Below, one piece after another: positions 17,751 through 29,937 of a stretch of DNA of 64,000 nt. The notes beneath the pieces were generated by a model, which worked only from the letters and a program-made list of their open reading frames with translations, ran no database searches and was not told where the DNA came from. The stretch comes from Myxococcales bacterium (GTDB taxonomy: Bacteria; Myxococcota_A; Polyangia; Polyangiales; DASUME01), in assembly GCA_047601445.1 (NCBI GenBank), contig JASGJH010000001.1, forward strand, positions 512,001 through 576,000, written 5' to 3'. The position numbers were made by a program, and so were the translations under genes. Every line of letters starts with the position of its first letter. Position 1 is the first letter of the stretch.

Positions 17751-18338
17751 CTAGGGCGCTTCGGTGGCCTGGGCAGGAGCATTCGGATCGCTCGCCGCGG
17801 CGCTCGCCGAGGTGACAGCCGGACCTGCGCTCGAACGGCCGGACTTGGCCTTACCTTTGTCGTCGAGGTCGCTCGGGTAGAGATCCAGATACGCCTCCAC
17901 CAGCACGCTGGGCACTTCCTTCTCACCGTCCGGCGCGCCGATCTTGGCCAGGTACTTGTCGCTGACCCACAGCACCCACAGGTCACCTGCGGCACCACGC
18001 ATGCGCCACACATGATCTCCGCCCTGCTCGACCACCTCGAGGGTGTACCCATCCATGCCCCGGAGACGCTGGCGGACACTCTCGGTGAGGCCCGCGGCCT
18101 GCTCGTAGGTCGTGAGGACCACGGGGGCCACGTGCACGGTTTCGCCGCCTCGCACGTAGGTGGCGGTATGGGCGACGGCGGCATTCCCTTCGATTGGGAG
18201 CTCCACGTCTAGGACCTGCTGGTAGCGGCGATAGCGATATCCGTCGAGATCAGTCTCGATCACGTAACGCGCGGGCAGCTTGGGCCCACAAGCCCAGAGA
18301 GACACGCAGAAACCAGCCCAAAATAGGGAGAAACGCAC
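17751..18338 (-). CDS. Hypothetical lipoprotein
   Basis: Signal peptide with lipobox LWAC; coding-like codon bias. Confidence 0.7.
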   Translation of the reverse strand: MRFSLFWAGFCVSLWACGPKLPARYVIETDLDGYRYRRYQQVLDVELPIEGNAAVAHTATYVRGGETVHVAPVVLTTYEQAAGLTESVRQRLRGMDGYTLEVVEQGGDHVWRMRGAAGDLWVLWVSDKYLAKIGAPDGEKEVPSVLVEAYLDLYPSDLDDKGKAKSGRSSAGPAVTSASAAASDPNAPAQATEAP

Positions 18339-18461
18339 AGGGCGAGCCTAACAATTCGGGCGCCCGAATGCATCAATTGTCATGGGCGCCGCCATGGGAG
18401 AGGGGGCGGCGCGGCCCCCCTGGTGAGTTTGCATGCTTGCCCGGGCGCGTGCGGGGCTACC

Positions 18462-19901
<1,440 letters not shown>

Positions 19902-19939
19902 CCGAGTCAGGCGCGACGTGGCGAGTGCGGGCCCTCGCC

Positions 19940-21004
19940 TCAGGGCTTGCGGGCGCGGCGCCAGGCGTCGGGCGAGACGCCGAACCAGCGGCGAAAGGCG
20001 CGATGGAAGTTCGCGGGATCCGCGTAGCCGAGGGCCTGTCCCACCTGTTGCGCGCCGAGCTTCGGATTGCTCAACAGCACGATGGCCCGCTCGCGCTTGA
20101 GTTCGTCGACGACCTGGCGATAGGTGGTGCCGTGGGCCTGCAGCTGGCGCTTCAGGGTGCGCTCCGAGACATGCCGCTGTGCCGCCATGCGCTCGAGGGA
20201 AGGAAACTGATCCGGGTGGGCCAGCACCATGCGCCTGAGGTCGCTCAAGAAGGAATCGGGCTGCACACAGCGCGAGAGCTCTTCCTCGCACTCTTTCTCG
20301 ATTTGCTTCGCGGTCACCGAATCGGCCATCTGCAGGGCGTCGTCCAAACGCGCGCGGGGCAGGAGCATGCGATGGCGTGTTTGATCGAAGCGCGCGGGCC
20401 CTGGCCACAGATGCGCGAAGCGTGGGAAGTACGCTGGCTCGGGGTAGGCGAGCTCCACGCTGCCTGTGATCGGGCGGCCGAGTAGGGTGCGGGCCATCTG
20501 CGACAGGGCCGTGAACATGAACTCGACCACGAAGATTCGCAGGGCGGGCTCGGGTTGGGCGTCGATCAGTTCGAGCACCGCGTGCTCGCCTTCGTCGTAG
20601 TGCAAGAAGCGCAGGTTGGGTGAGCGCAGCGCGGCGAAGCGCGTGAGGACTTGCATGGCGTCGCGCAGGGTGGCCGAGGTCATCGCGAGCATGCCGACGG
20701 CGCCGTGGGACGAGAGCTTGAGCTGCAGGCCGTAGTAGAAGCCGAGCCCCGGTTCGCCGGTGAGCTCCAGAGCGCGCCGCGTGAGCGCGATGCTGGAGAC
20801 GGGGGTGATGCGGCCGTCGTTCAGCTCGAGCACGGCGCGCTCGATGCCCGTGCCCTCCAGCAGGTGCTCGGCCTCGACCCCAAAGCGTGCCGAGAGCAGC
20901 ACCAGCTGGGCGGGGTACACCGACGGGATGGAGAGCCTGCGCAGCTCCTCCCCGACGTGCTCGTCCGCTCCTGGCTGGCCTGAAATGACACGCATTGGGC
21001 CCAA
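19940..21004 (-). CDS. AraC family transcriptional regulator
   Basis: SERTLKRQL and LGYADPANFHRAFRRWFGVSP; start uncertain. Confidence 0.9.
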   Translation of the reverse strand: MGPMRVISGQPGADEHVGEELRRLSIPSVYPAQLVLLSARFGVEAEHLLEGTGIERAVLELNDGRITPVSSIALTRRALELTGEPGLGFYYGLQLKLSSHGAVGMLAMTSATLRDAMQVLTRFAALRSPNLRFLHYDEGEHAVLELIDAQPEPALRIFVVEFMFTALSQMARTLLGRPITGSVELAYPEPAYFPRFAHLWPGPARFDQTRHRMLLPRARLDDALQMADSVTAKQIEKECEEELSRCVQPDSFLSDLRRMVLAHPDQFPSLERMAAQRHVSERTLKRQLQAHGTTYRQVVDELKRERAIVLLSNPKLGAQQVGQALGYADPANFHRAFRRWFGVSPDAWRRARKP

Positions 21005-21081
21005 TATGACATTCGATTACAACGGCCGGCAACCGAAGATAGTCGCGGAACCTGATTTTTTCGCGGTTCCGGAGGCATCCC

Positions 21082-21951
21082 ATGAAGCAAGGCATCCTGA
21101 AGGCTCGGGCCCACAAGATTCGGCCGCGTCCCCTGGAGCTGGCGATCCCCGACGACCTTCCGCGCTACTGGATGGACGGCGACCCGTATTCGACCCATCT
21201 GCTGAACGCGCTCTCCGTCACCTTCCCGCCAGGCGAGCGCCTGTTCATGGCGGCAGTGCGAGCGCTCCGCCACAAGGTGGAAGACCCGGCTCTCAAGGAG
21301 CAGATCAAAGCCTTCTTGGCCCAGGAGGCGCTCCACAGCCGGGAGCACAGCTCGCTCAACGCCTGGCTCACGAAGGTGGGCTACCCAGCCGACAAGTTCG
21401 AGCAGGAAGTGGCGGACGACATCGCCCAGCGGCGTAGCGCCCGCGGGCCCTTCGAGGACCTCGCCGTGACCTGCGCGCTCGAGCACTTCACCGCCATCAT
21501 GGCGGAGAGCTGGCTCAAGCACCCCGAGCTGCGCGAGCGTTGTCACAAAGACCTGCGCGCGCTGTGGCTGTGGCACGCCATCGAAGAACTCGACCACAAG
21601 GCCGTGGCGTTCGACGTGTACCAGGCCGCGGGCGGGCAATACGCGCTGCGGGCCGCCACCATGGTGTTCGTGACCATCGGACTGATCGGGGGCATCAGCA
21701 TTTACCAGGCGCAGTTGATGGCCCACGACAACGAGCACAAGAACCTGAAGAGCTGGGCCAAGGGGCTCTGGACCTACTGGGGACCCACCGGCTACTTCGT
21801 GCGGTTGATCCCGAGCTACCTGCGCTACTTCCGACGAGATTTCCATCCCTTCGACCAGGACGACAGCGCGCTGTTGGCGGCCGCCGAGACCGAACTCTCG
21901 CGCCTGACCGGGACCGCCTACGGGTCTACATCCGCCGACGCGGCGGCCTGA
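21082..21951 (+). CDS. Predicted metal-dependent hydrolase
   Basis: FPPGERLF, QEALHSREH, ALEHFTA, WHAIEELDHKAVAFDVY, FHP; divergent from the AraC gene. Confidence 0.88.
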   Translation: MKQGILKARAHKIRPRPLELAIPDDLPRYWMDGDPYSTHLLNALSVTFPPGERLFMAAVRALRHKVEDPALKEQIKAFLAQEALHSREHSSLNAWLTKVGYPADKFEQEVADDIAQRRSARGPFEDLAVTCALEHFTAIMAESWLKHPELRERCHKDLRALWLWHAIEELDHKAVAFDVYQAAGGQYALRAATMVFVTIGLIGGISIYQAQLMAHDNEHKNLKSWAKGLWTYWGPTGYFVRLIPSYLRYFRRDFHPFDQDDSALLAAAETELSRLTGTAYGSTSADAAA

Positions 21952-22149
21952 GCCCGGGGGCAAGCGCGTTCATTTCGGCGGAATGGGTTCCACGTGGCCG
22001 GGGAGGCCTCGGGAGCCCGCGCGACGCGCCGCGCGGATGCGGTACGCTTGGTCGCAGGAACAACGCGGCGGGTTGGCTCGTTCGTAGCGCACGGTTACGC
22101 CGGGACACGGTGGCTCCGAACCCGCTCTTGCGATGCTTCCCGTCTCCCC

Positions 22150-22866
22150 ATGATCACCCTCGAGAAGGTCAGCAAGAATTACCGCAGCGGCCACGCCGCC
22201 ATCGCCGTGCTGCGCGAGGTCTCCCTGCAGATCGACGAGGGCGAGTTCGTGGCCATCGTGGGTGCGTCGGGTTCCGGCAAGTCCACGCTTCTCAACGTGC
22301 TCGGTCTGCTCGATGGCTATGACTCGGGCCGCTACACGCTGGCCGGTAACGATACGCAGGCCCTGAGCGACCGGCGCGCCGCGCATTTGCGCAATCAGCT
22401 CCTGGGCTTCGTGTTCCAGGCCTTTCATCTGTTGTCCCACAAGACGGCCTGGGAAAACGTGGCGCTGCCGCTCTCCTATGCCGGAGTGGGTAGGCGGGAG
22501 CGCAAGGAGCGCGCGCTCGCCCTCTTGGCGCGGCTCGGTCTCGCCGAGCGTGCCCAGCATCGGCCCAACGAGCTCAGCGGCGGGCAACGTCAGCGTGTAG
22601 CGATCGCTCGCGCGTTGGTGACCAACCCCAAGGTCGTGCTGGCCGACGAGCCGACCGGAAACCTGGACACCGAGAGCAGCGCCGAGGTGATGACGTTGTT
22701 GCGCGAGATCCACGCCGAGGGCCGCACGGTGGTGTTGGTCACGCATGCGCTCGACGTGGCGCAAGCGGCCTCGCGGGTCATCTGCGTGCGCGACGGCCAG
22801 GTGGTCGACGGGCTCGGTTCCATGCTGCCCGGTGTGCCGCCCGGGCTGCTCGCGGGGGCTTCATGA
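22150..22866 (+). CDS. ABC transporter ATP-binding protein (MacB/LolD type)
   Basis: GASGSGKST, LSGGQRQR, LADEPTGNLD. Confidence 0.93.
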   Translation: MITLEKVSKNYRSGHAAIAVLREVSLQIDEGEFVAIVGASGSGKSTLLNVLGLLDGYDSGRYTLAGNDTQALSDRRAAHLRNQLLGFVFQAFHLLSHKTAWENVALPLSYAGVGRRERKERALALLARLGLAERAQHRPNELSGGQRQRVAIARALVTNPKVVLADEPTGNLDTESSAEVMTLLREIHAEGRTVVLVTHALDVAQAASRVICVRDGQVVDGLGSMLPGVPPGLLAGAS

Positions 22867-24068
22867 GAGAGGTCTTGGAGAGTATCGCCCGGCGCCCGCT
22901 GCGCTCGTTGGCCACGGCGTTTGGCGTGTACTGGGGCATCCTGATGCTCACGGTCTTGCTGGGCGGCGGCAAGGGGCTGCGCAATGGCATCGAGAAGATG
23001 TTCGCGGGCGATGCGGTGAACTCGGTATGGGCCTTCACGGGGCGCACCAGCGAGCCCTTCGAGGGGCTCGGTTCCGGGCGCCAAATCCGTTTGCGCGAGG
23101 ACGACGTCGAAGCCGTGATCCGCAGCGTCGACGCGCTCGAGAACGTGTCCCCTCGCACGCAGGTGCCGGCATTGCCCATCGTGCACGGCACGCGCAACGC
23201 CACGCTACCGTTCTACGCCGTGTACCCCGCCTACGCGGTCACCGAGAAGACCACGGCGATCCACGGGCGCCTGCTCAACCAGCTGGATCTGGACCGACGC
23301 CGCAAGGTCATCGTGATCGGTGACAAGGCCACGCCGCTCCTGTTCGGCAACGACAACCCAGTGGGGAAAATCGTGACCATCGGGGGCCTCGAGTTCCGGG
23401 TCGTGGGTGAATTCGAGGACCCCGGCCAGGGGGACGAAGGGCGTCGCGTGTACATGCCCTACACCACGTTGGCGGAGACCTTCGACGCATCGCGCAAGGT
23501 GGACGTGATGGTGGGTACCCTCAAGCGCGGCTACACGCCCGAGGCCGCGCGCGAGGCGCTGGCGCGCTTGCTCGCGCGGCGCCATCGCTTCGCCATCCAC
23601 GACCACGCGGCTTTCGACGCCTGGTTCGCCGAGCGTGAGTATCGCCGCGTCGAGTCGTTGATGACGGGCATCGACTGGGCCATCTTGCTGGTGAGCCTCG
23701 GGACCTTGCTCTCGGGCATGGTGGGCGTGAGCAATATCCTGTTCGTGTCGGTACGCGAGCGCGCCAAGGAATTGGGCTTGCGGCGGGCGCTCGGTGCGAC
23801 CTCTTTCTCAATCTTGCTCCTGGTGTTGGCGGAGGCGTTGATGTTGGCGCTGGTCTCGGGCGGGCTCGGGCTCGCGAGTGGTATGGGCCTGGTGCGGCTG
23901 GCGCAGTCGCCCGAGCTCGGATCGGAGTTGTTCGTGAATCCTTCGGTGGATCTGCGCGCAGCCTTGCTGGCGTTGGCGATGTTGGTGGCCACGGCGCTGG
24001 TGGCTGGGTTCTTCCCCGCGCGTGAGGCCGCGCGCATGCGTCCCATCGACGCCTTGAGGCGCGAATGA
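22863..24068 (+). CDS. ABC transporter permease (MacB/FtsX type)
   Basis: VSVRERAKELGLRRALGA and PAREAARMRPIDALRRE. Confidence 0.9.
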   Translation: MREVLESIARRPLRSLATAFGVYWGILMLTVLLGGGKGLRNGIEKMFAGDAVNSVWAFTGRTSEPFEGLGSGRQIRLREDDVEAVIRSVDALENVSPRTQVPALPIVHGTRNATLPFYAVYPAYAVTEKTTAIHGRLLNQLDLDRRRKVIVIGDKATPLLFGNDNPVGKIVTIGGLEFRVVGEFEDPGQGDEGRRVYMPYTTLAETFDASRKVDVMVGTLKRGYTPEAAREALARLLARRHRFAIHDHAAFDAWFAEREYRRVESLMTGIDWAILLVSLGTLLSGMVGVSNILFVSVRERAKELGLRRALGATSFSILLLVLAEALMLALVSGGLGLASGMGLVRLAQSPELGSELFVNPSVDLRAALLALAMLVATALVAGFFPAREAARMRPIDALRRE

Positions 24069-25216
24069 TCCGGCGCGACTTGGCAGGTTGGTTGCGCGCG
24101 TTGGGGCTCCTACTCGTGGGCAATCTCAGCGCTGCTTGTGGTCTGTGGCCGAGCCAGGAAGCTCCCAGGGACGACGTGCTGGTGGTCGCCACCGGCGACG
24201 TGGTGTACCGCACGCAGGCCACCGGGCGCATCGTGCCGCGCGAAGAGGTCTTCGTGCGCTCGCTGGTGGCCGGACAGCTCATCGAGCTCAACGTGCGTCC
24301 GGGCGACCTCGTGAAGAAAGGGGAGCACCTGGCCACGGTGCGCATCGTGGCCGATCCGGTGACGCTCAACGAAGCGCGCTCGCGGGTGCAGGTCGCCGAG
24401 ATGAAGCTCACCATCGCGCGGCGTGAGGTGGAGCGCGTGAGTCCCCTGCGCGGTGGTACCGCGCTCAGCGGAAAGGACCTGGCGCGTGCGGAAGACGACG
24501 AGCGTATCGCGCGGGTCGAACTCGAGAGCGCCAGGGAGCGCTTTCAACTGGTGTCGGAGGGGGCTTCCAAGGGGCGGGGGTCGAAGTCCACCCGCATCGT
24601 GGCCACCGTCACCGGCACGGTGCTCGCGATCCCTGCGGCGGTGGGGGACTACGTCAGCGAGACCAACTCCTACCGAGACGGCACCACCATCGCCGTGTTG
24701 GCGGACATGACGCAGCTGCTCTTCAAGGGCCAAATCGAGGAGGCCTACGTCGGCAAACTCAAGCTGGGCATGGACGCCAGTGTGCGCATCGGCGCCCTCC
24801 CAGGCGTGACCTTCCCGGGGCGACTCGCCTGGATCGCTCCGCGCGCCACCATCGAACAGGCCACTGCGAGCGTGGTGAGTGCGAGCCCCAACAGCGTGGT
24901 GCCGCTGACCTCGTCGAGCGCGGGCATCACCCGCTTCGAGCTCTGGATCGAGGTGCAGAACGCGCCGCCGGACGTGCGCGCAGGTTACAGCGCGGCAGCC
25001 GAGCTCGAGCTCGAGCGCAAGGACAAGGTGCTGGTGGTGCAAGAGCGCGCGCTGCGCTTCGACGCGGGCAAGGTCTTTGCGAAGGTACGCACGACGGATG
25101 GCAAGGCCGTGGAGCGCGAGGTTCAGGTCGGCGTCTCCGATGGTCTGCAGATCGAGATCGTCTCCGGGCTCGAGATGGGCGACCGAGTCGCTGTGGCCAG
25201 CGGGTCGATCCCGTAG
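24065..25216 (+). CDS. Efflux periplasmic adaptor (MacA/HlyD-like), lipoprotein
   Basis: Lipoyl halves VRPGDLVKKGE and ATVTGTV; C-terminal EREVQVGVSDG...EIVSGL. Confidence 0.88.
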   Translation: MIRRDLAGWLRALGLLLVGNLSAACGLWPSQEAPRDDVLVVATGDVVYRTQATGRIVPREEVFVRSLVAGQLIELNVRPGDLVKKGEHLATVRIVADPVTLNEARSRVQVAEMKLTIARREVERVSPLRGGTALSGKDLARAEDDERIARVELESARERFQLVSEGASKGRGSKSTRIVATVTGTVLAIPAAVGDYVSETNSYRDGTTIAVLADMTQLLFKGQIEEAYVGKLKLGMDASVRIGALPGVTFPGRLAWIAPRATIEQATASVVSASPNSVVPLTSSSAGITRFELWIEVQNAPPDVRAGYSAAAELELERKDKVLVVQERALRFDAGKVFAKVRTTDGKAVEREVQVGVSDGLQIEIVSGLEMGDRVAVASGSIP

Positions 25217-25478
25217 TTCCACGCAGCATCCCGTCCTGCGAAATGGGCGCCGAGTCCGCGCGCATGTGCCACGAGTGGGGCGCGGCGGCGCCGTCTTGGA
25301 ACTTTTGGCTCACGTCGGATTGTGCGAAAAATGGCGCTGATTCTGCTGGTTTTGGGGGGTGCCTAGGGCGTCGTCGTGGGCCGCTGCGGTGAGGCGCGGC
25401 ACCGTGCAGCGGCGGCTGGCATGCGAAGTGAAAGGAGGCCTTGCGCGGACCATCAGTCTGCACAAGGAGGATACGGAC

Positions 25479-26174
25479 ATGGGGCGCATCACGTCGAAGT
25501 TGCTGTTGTTGGCAGGAGCCATCGCCGGAGTGACCGCTTGTCAGAGCGATCCCATGAAGGGAGTGGAGTCGGCGCAGGATCAGGCTGCGGCGCATGCAGT
25601 CGAGGCGCAGGAGGATCGGGCCGAACTGGCCCGCAAGCAGGCCGAGCAACGCGCGGAGCTTGCTCACGACCAGCACGAGAAGGCAGTCGATGAAGCCCAA
25701 CGCGTGCGCACCCAGCCCGCGGCCGAGCAGCTCGAGGACAACAACGCGCTGGCGCTGAAGCAGGCCGCCGAGCGCGCCGATCTCGGCAGCGAACAGGCGA
25801 GTGATCGCGGCGATATGGTGGGCGACATCGAGCGCCAGCGGCAGCGCGACATGGATCGCCTGGCCCGCGCCAACGATCAGGCGAGCGAGGAAAAGCGCGC
25901 GTTCGCGGAGAAGGCGCGCGAGAAGCTACGTAAGCTGGAGGACCGCGCGAACAAGCTCAGCGCCAAGCGTGGCGAGGCAGAGCCCGACGAGCAGGCCAGC
26001 GTGAACAAGACCTTGCTGACGGATCTGCCGGCCAAATGCCAGGAGGCGGAACGGGAGATCACGAGCCTCGAGTCCGTGGGCACCCGAGCGGATTGGGCGA
26101 AGGCCAAGAGCGAGGTGCAGAACACCCTGGCCAGCATCGAGCGCTCCCTGGATCGTGTGGACCGCATGCTCTGA
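25479..26174 (+). CDS. Hypothetical coiled-coil lipoprotein
   Basis: RBS AAGGAGG; lipobox VTAC; E/A/R/Q-rich helical sequence. Confidence 0.8.
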   Translation: MGRITSKLLLLAGAIAGVTACQSDPMKGVESAQDQAAAHAVEAQEDRAELARKQAEQRAELAHDQHEKAVDEAQRVRTQPAAEQLEDNNALALKQAAERADLGSEQASDRGDMVGDIERQRQRDMDRLARANDQASEEKRAFAEKAREKLRKLEDRANKLSAKRGEAEPDEQASVNKTLLTDLPAKCQEAEREITSLESVGTRADWAKAKSEVQNTLASIERSLDRVDRML

Positions 26175-26210
26175 TCCGTGTGCTTCGGATGAGTTGAACA
26201 CCACGCAGGA

Positions 26211-26247
26211 GCGGCGGTCCGCAGGCGCGACGTCTGCGGACCGCTGC
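26211..26247. terminator. 17-bp GC-rich hairpin between convergent genes
   Basis: GCGGCGGTCCGCAGGCG-cga-CGTCTGCGGACCGCTGC with two G-U pairs on the + strand and no U-tract. Confidence 0.45.
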
Positions 26248-26274
26248 GCTGCGGGCCGGCGCGCGCCGAGCGGA

Positions 26275-28143
26275 TCAGGCTTCGAATTGCAGGGCGGCCA
26301 GGCGCGCATAGAGGCCGTCGCGGGCCACGAGTTCGCGGTGCGTGCCCACCTCGACGACCTTGCCCGCGTCCAACACCACGATGCGGTCCGCCCGCTGCAC
26401 CGTGGCCAGACGATGCGCGATCACCAAGGTGGTCCGGTCACGCATGGCGCTGGCGAGGGCTGCTTGGACGGCGCGCTCACTCTCGGCGTCGAGCGCACTC
26501 GTGGCCTCGTCGAGCAGCAGCAGGGGAGGGTTCTTCAACAACGCGCGGGCGATGCTCAGGCGCTGTCGTTGTCCGCCGGACAGGCGCACGCCGCGCTCCC
26601 CGAGGAAGGTCTGGTAGCCCTCGGGAAGGGCGGACAAGAAATCGTGGGCATGGGCCGCACGTGCAGCAGCGAACACTTCGGCCTCACTGGCATCTGGCCG
26701 ACCGTAGCGAATGTTCTCCAGGGCGCTCGCCGAGAAGATCACGCTGTCCTGGGGCACGATGCCGATGCGCCGGCGCAGTTCGGCGAGCGAGCATGCGCGA
26801 ATCGGTACGCCGTCGATGGAGATCTCGCCCAGGCCCGCGTCGTAATGGCGCAGCAAGAGCTGGAACACGGTGCTCTTGCCGGCGCCACTCGCGCCCACCA
26901 GGGCCAGTGTCTCGCCGGGCGCGACGTGCAGCGTAAACTCGTGCAGGGCGCGTTGAGCGGGCCGAGCCGGGTAGCAGAACGTCACGTGCGAGAAGTCCAC
27001 GCGCGAGCCGCCTGCCACGCTGGGCAGTGGGGCTGGCTGGTCGGGGGAGCGAATGGGAGAGCGCGCCGCTAGAAGCTCGACCAGGCGCTCGCTGGCACCC
27101 GCGGCACGCAGCAAGTCTCCATAGACTTCGGCCAGCACCGCCACGCTGCTCACGAGCATGATCGCGTAGACGATGGTCTGGCTCAGCTGACCTGCGCTGA
27201 TATCCCCGCGCAAGACCGCCTCGGTGCCTTGCTGGAGGCTCCAGATCAGGGCGCCGAAGATGGCGCTCATCACGAACGCAAACATCAAGGCGCGCACACG
27301 CGCGCGCACGACTGCGGTGCGAAAGGCGCGCTCGGTGGCGTCCGCGAAACGGCGTGCCTCGTGCGTCTCTTGCGCGAAACTCTGGACCACGGGGATGGCG
27401 TTCAATACCTCGGCCGCGATCGCGCTCGAGTCAGCCACCCGATCTTGGCTGGCCCGGCTCAGCTTGCGCACGCGGCGGCCCACGTAGATCGACGGCAACA
27501 CCACCACCAGCAGGATCGCCAGGATCGGGAGCATCACGCGCGCGCTGCCCGCGATCAGTAGCCCCAGAGCGCCGACCGCTTGCAGCCCGTTGCGGAGCCC
27601 CATGCCGAAGCTCGTGGTGAGCACGCTCTGCACGAGCGTGGTGTCCGTGGTGAGCCGTGACAGCACCTCGCCCGTCTGGGTGGTCTCGAAGAACTCGGGG
27701 CTCTGCTCGATCACGTGCCCGTAGACTGCCGTGCGCAGGTCGCACGTGACGCGCTCCCCGAGCCAGGACACCATGTACATGCGCGCCGACGAGAATACCG
27801 CGAGCGCCGCGCAGACCCCGAACAGCAGCACGAAGTGCTCCCGCAGGGCCATCACGCGCGCGCCCGGGTCCGCGGCCACGAGGCCGCGATCGATCACGAG
27901 CCGCAATACGGCTGGGAAGGCCAGGGTGCTCAGGGTCGACAGTACCAGGAACAGGCCGGCCACCAGCATGTGGGCCCGATAGGGGCGCAGGAACGGAGCG
28001 AGCCCGCGCAGGCCCTCGACGCGGGCTCCGCGCGGCGCCGTGCCGGCCTGTGGGGCCTCCTGGACGACGCGCGGCGCCGCCTGGGAGGGCGCCTTCAGGG
28101 AGACCGCGCTTTCCGAGACCTGCTCCGGCATCGACATGGGCAC
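26275..28143 (-). CDS. Fused ABC exporter (MsbA-like TMD plus NBD)
   Basis: GASGAGKST, GERGVRLSGGQRQR, LDEATSALD, IAHRL; start between 28131 and 28143. Confidence 0.92.
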   Translation of the reverse strand: MPMSMPEQVSESAVSLKAPSQAAPRVVQEAPQAGTAPRGARVEGLRGLAPFLRPYRAHMLVAGLFLVLSTLSTLAFPAVLRLVIDRGLVAADPGARVMALREHFVLLFGVCAALAVFSSARMYMVSWLGERVTCDLRTAVYGHVIEQSPEFFETTQTGEVLSRLTTDTTLVQSVLTTSFGMGLRNGLQAVGALGLLIAGSARVMLPILAILLVVVLPSIYVGRRVRKLSRASQDRVADSSAIAAEVLNAIPVVQSFAQETHEARRFADATERAFRTAVVRARVRALMFAFVMSAIFGALIWSLQQGTEAVLRGDISAGQLSQTIVYAIMLVSSVAVLAEVYGDLLRAAGASERLVELLAARSPIRSPDQPAPLPSVAGGSRVDFSHVTFCYPARPAQRALHEFTLHVAPGETLALVGASGAGKSTVFQLLLRHYDAGLGEISIDGVPIRACSLAELRRRIGIVPQDSVIFSASALENIRYGRPDASEAEVFAAARAAHAHDFLSALPEGYQTFLGERGVRLSGGQRQRLSIARALLKNPPLLLLDEATSALDAESERAVQAALASAMRDRTTLVIAHRLATVQRADRIVVLDAGKVVEVGTHRELVARDGLYARLAALQFEA

Positions 28144-28576
28144 CGAGTATAGGTCAGTCCCGTGAGAAGCCCGTTACACCGCCGCGATCACGTCACCTTG
28201 CGCTCAGAAGTGCTTGCCCAAGGTTGCGTCGCTCCACGCGACTGTCGCCAACGGGGAGAGCAAGGCGTGGGCCGCGCGGCGCGCAGTTTCGGGAGGACTG
28301 GATCGTTCCGCGTGCACGTGGCGTGATGCGACGTCCGAGCGGGATCCTGCACTCGCAGTGGAAAACGAGCGTGTCGCCCGATATCGAAAAGGGAATGCTG
28401 GTCGCCACGTGAAGTCGCGTGATGCACCAGTGCATGACGTACGAGTTTTGTTGCGTGACTCGCGATGCGCTTCGGCTCGCGGCATTGCGCCGCGCGAACC
28501 TTGCCGAAGCACGTCGGCCACGCGGACGCGGGTCCGCATGGCCGAACGTTTGGCTCGCGAGCTTCTCGCCGAGGAC

Positions 28577-28738
28577 TCAGTGGCTCTCGTCGACCTTGTC
28601 TTCGATGCGATCACCGACATCCTCGATCTTGTCGCCTACCTTCTCGGCGGGGGTCTTGCGCTGGCAGCCAGCAAAGCCCGCGAGCGCAAGCGACAGCACG
28701 AAGGTCGCGACACTGATCCGTGTGGCCGTGGGGGTCAT
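28577..28738 (-). CDS. Small lipoprotein
   Basis: RBS AAGGAG; lipobox FAGC; PAEKVGDKIEDVGDRIEDKVD. Confidence 0.75.
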   Translation of the reverse strand: MTPTATRISVATFVLSLALAGFAGCQRKTPAEKVGDKIEDVGDRIEDKVDESH

Positions 28739-28965
28739 GCTCTTGCTCTCCTTTTGCACACGCGATGGTGACGTTCGTGTGTGTGCGACCACGAGCTAGA
28801 GCAAGCTCCGAGCCAACTCATTCGAAGACCCGTTTTCCCGCGAAATCATTACGTCGTTGGCCCCGGTCATGGGCAGCTCTGGACGCGAGCCTGGGCTGTG
28901 GCCAAATCGCACAGCGAGGCGTGTGGGCCGCGCTCCAGGCCTCGGACGGCGGCCTGTGGCTCAGA

Positions 28966-29862
28966 TCAGACCAGCTCGAACATCACGTTCCCCGCGTCCG
29001 CGTCGAGCTGAGCGAGCGAACCCAGGAGGAGCGGCATGTTCTCCGGCACGTGTCCCACGGGCGCGTTGGCGACGATGGGCACGCGCAGTTCGCTCAAGCG
29101 CTCGGCCAGCACGTGTTCCACGCTGGTTCCGTCCGGTCCCGGGTCGCACTGCGTGAACTGTCCGAGGATGACGCCTCGCACGCCGCGCAGGAAGCCGGCC
29201 TGCAGCATGTTGGTCAGCATGCGGTCGACGCGGTAGGGACGCTCCGTGATGTCCTCGAGCACGAGGATCGTATCGTCCATGGGCGGCGCGAAGGGCGTGC
29301 CTACCAGCGCTGCGAGCACGGTCAGATTGCCCCCGAATAGGCGCCCGCTGGCGCGGCCCGGGCTGACGGTACTGAGGCCTGCGAGGGGACGCGGGTCCTG
29401 CCCCTCGAGCAGGTCGAAGAAGGCGTCGCGCACCGCCATCGAGCCTTCGCCGAGCGAGCACACCATGGGACCGTGGATCGAGCAGAGGCCCGCCCGTGCC
29501 CACAGCGCATGCAGTGCCGTGACGTCGCTGAAGCCCACCAGCCATTTGTTGGCCGTGCGCACCTGACTGGCCTCGAGGGAGGGCAGAAGGCGGGTCGCTC
29601 CGTAGCCGCCGCGCGCCGCGATCAAGGCGTGCACCTGCGCTGTGTCGAGGCCGTGGCGTAGATCGGTGAGGCGCGCCCGGTCGTCGCCGGCCAGGAAGCC
29701 TTCACGGGCGAACAGCGCGTCGCCCTGTGAAACCTGGTAGCGATCCGTCAGGAACGGCAGACCTTGATCGAAGCGGGTCCGATCGAAGGGGCTGGACGGA
29801 GCCACGAGGTGGACGCGGGCGCCCGGCTGGAGCGCGGGAGGACGCGGGAAGGCGACGGCCAT
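28966..29862 (-). CDS. LD-carboxypeptidase (peptidase S66)
   Basis: ARGGYG, GFSDVT, GGNL, LEDITE, PVGH. Confidence 0.9.
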   Translation of the reverse strand: MAVAFPRPPALQPGARVHLVAPSSPFDRTRFDQGLPFLTDRYQVSQGDALFAREGFLAGDDRARLTDLRHGLDTAQVHALIAARGGYGATRLLPSLEASQVRTANKWLVGFSDVTALHALWARAGLCSIHGPMVCSLGEGSMAVRDAFFDLLEGQDPRPLAGLSTVSPGRASGRLFGGNLTVLAALVGTPFAPPMDDTILVLEDITERPYRVDRMLTNMLQAGFLRGVRGVILGQFTQCDPGPDGTSVEHVLAERLSELRVPIVANAPVGHVPENMPLLLGSLAQLDADAGNVMFELV

Positions 29863-29937
29863 GTCCGAAGCTTAATCCGACTCCGCCTTGGCGGGCGACG
29901 CATCTGCGCCCGAATCACCAGGAGCGAACGCGAACGC

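Noticed and set aside
25416..25433. sigma54 promoter before the coiled-coil lipoprotein (TGGCATGCGAAGTGAA)
   Set aside because: The -12 element is GA rather than GC; too weak to call.
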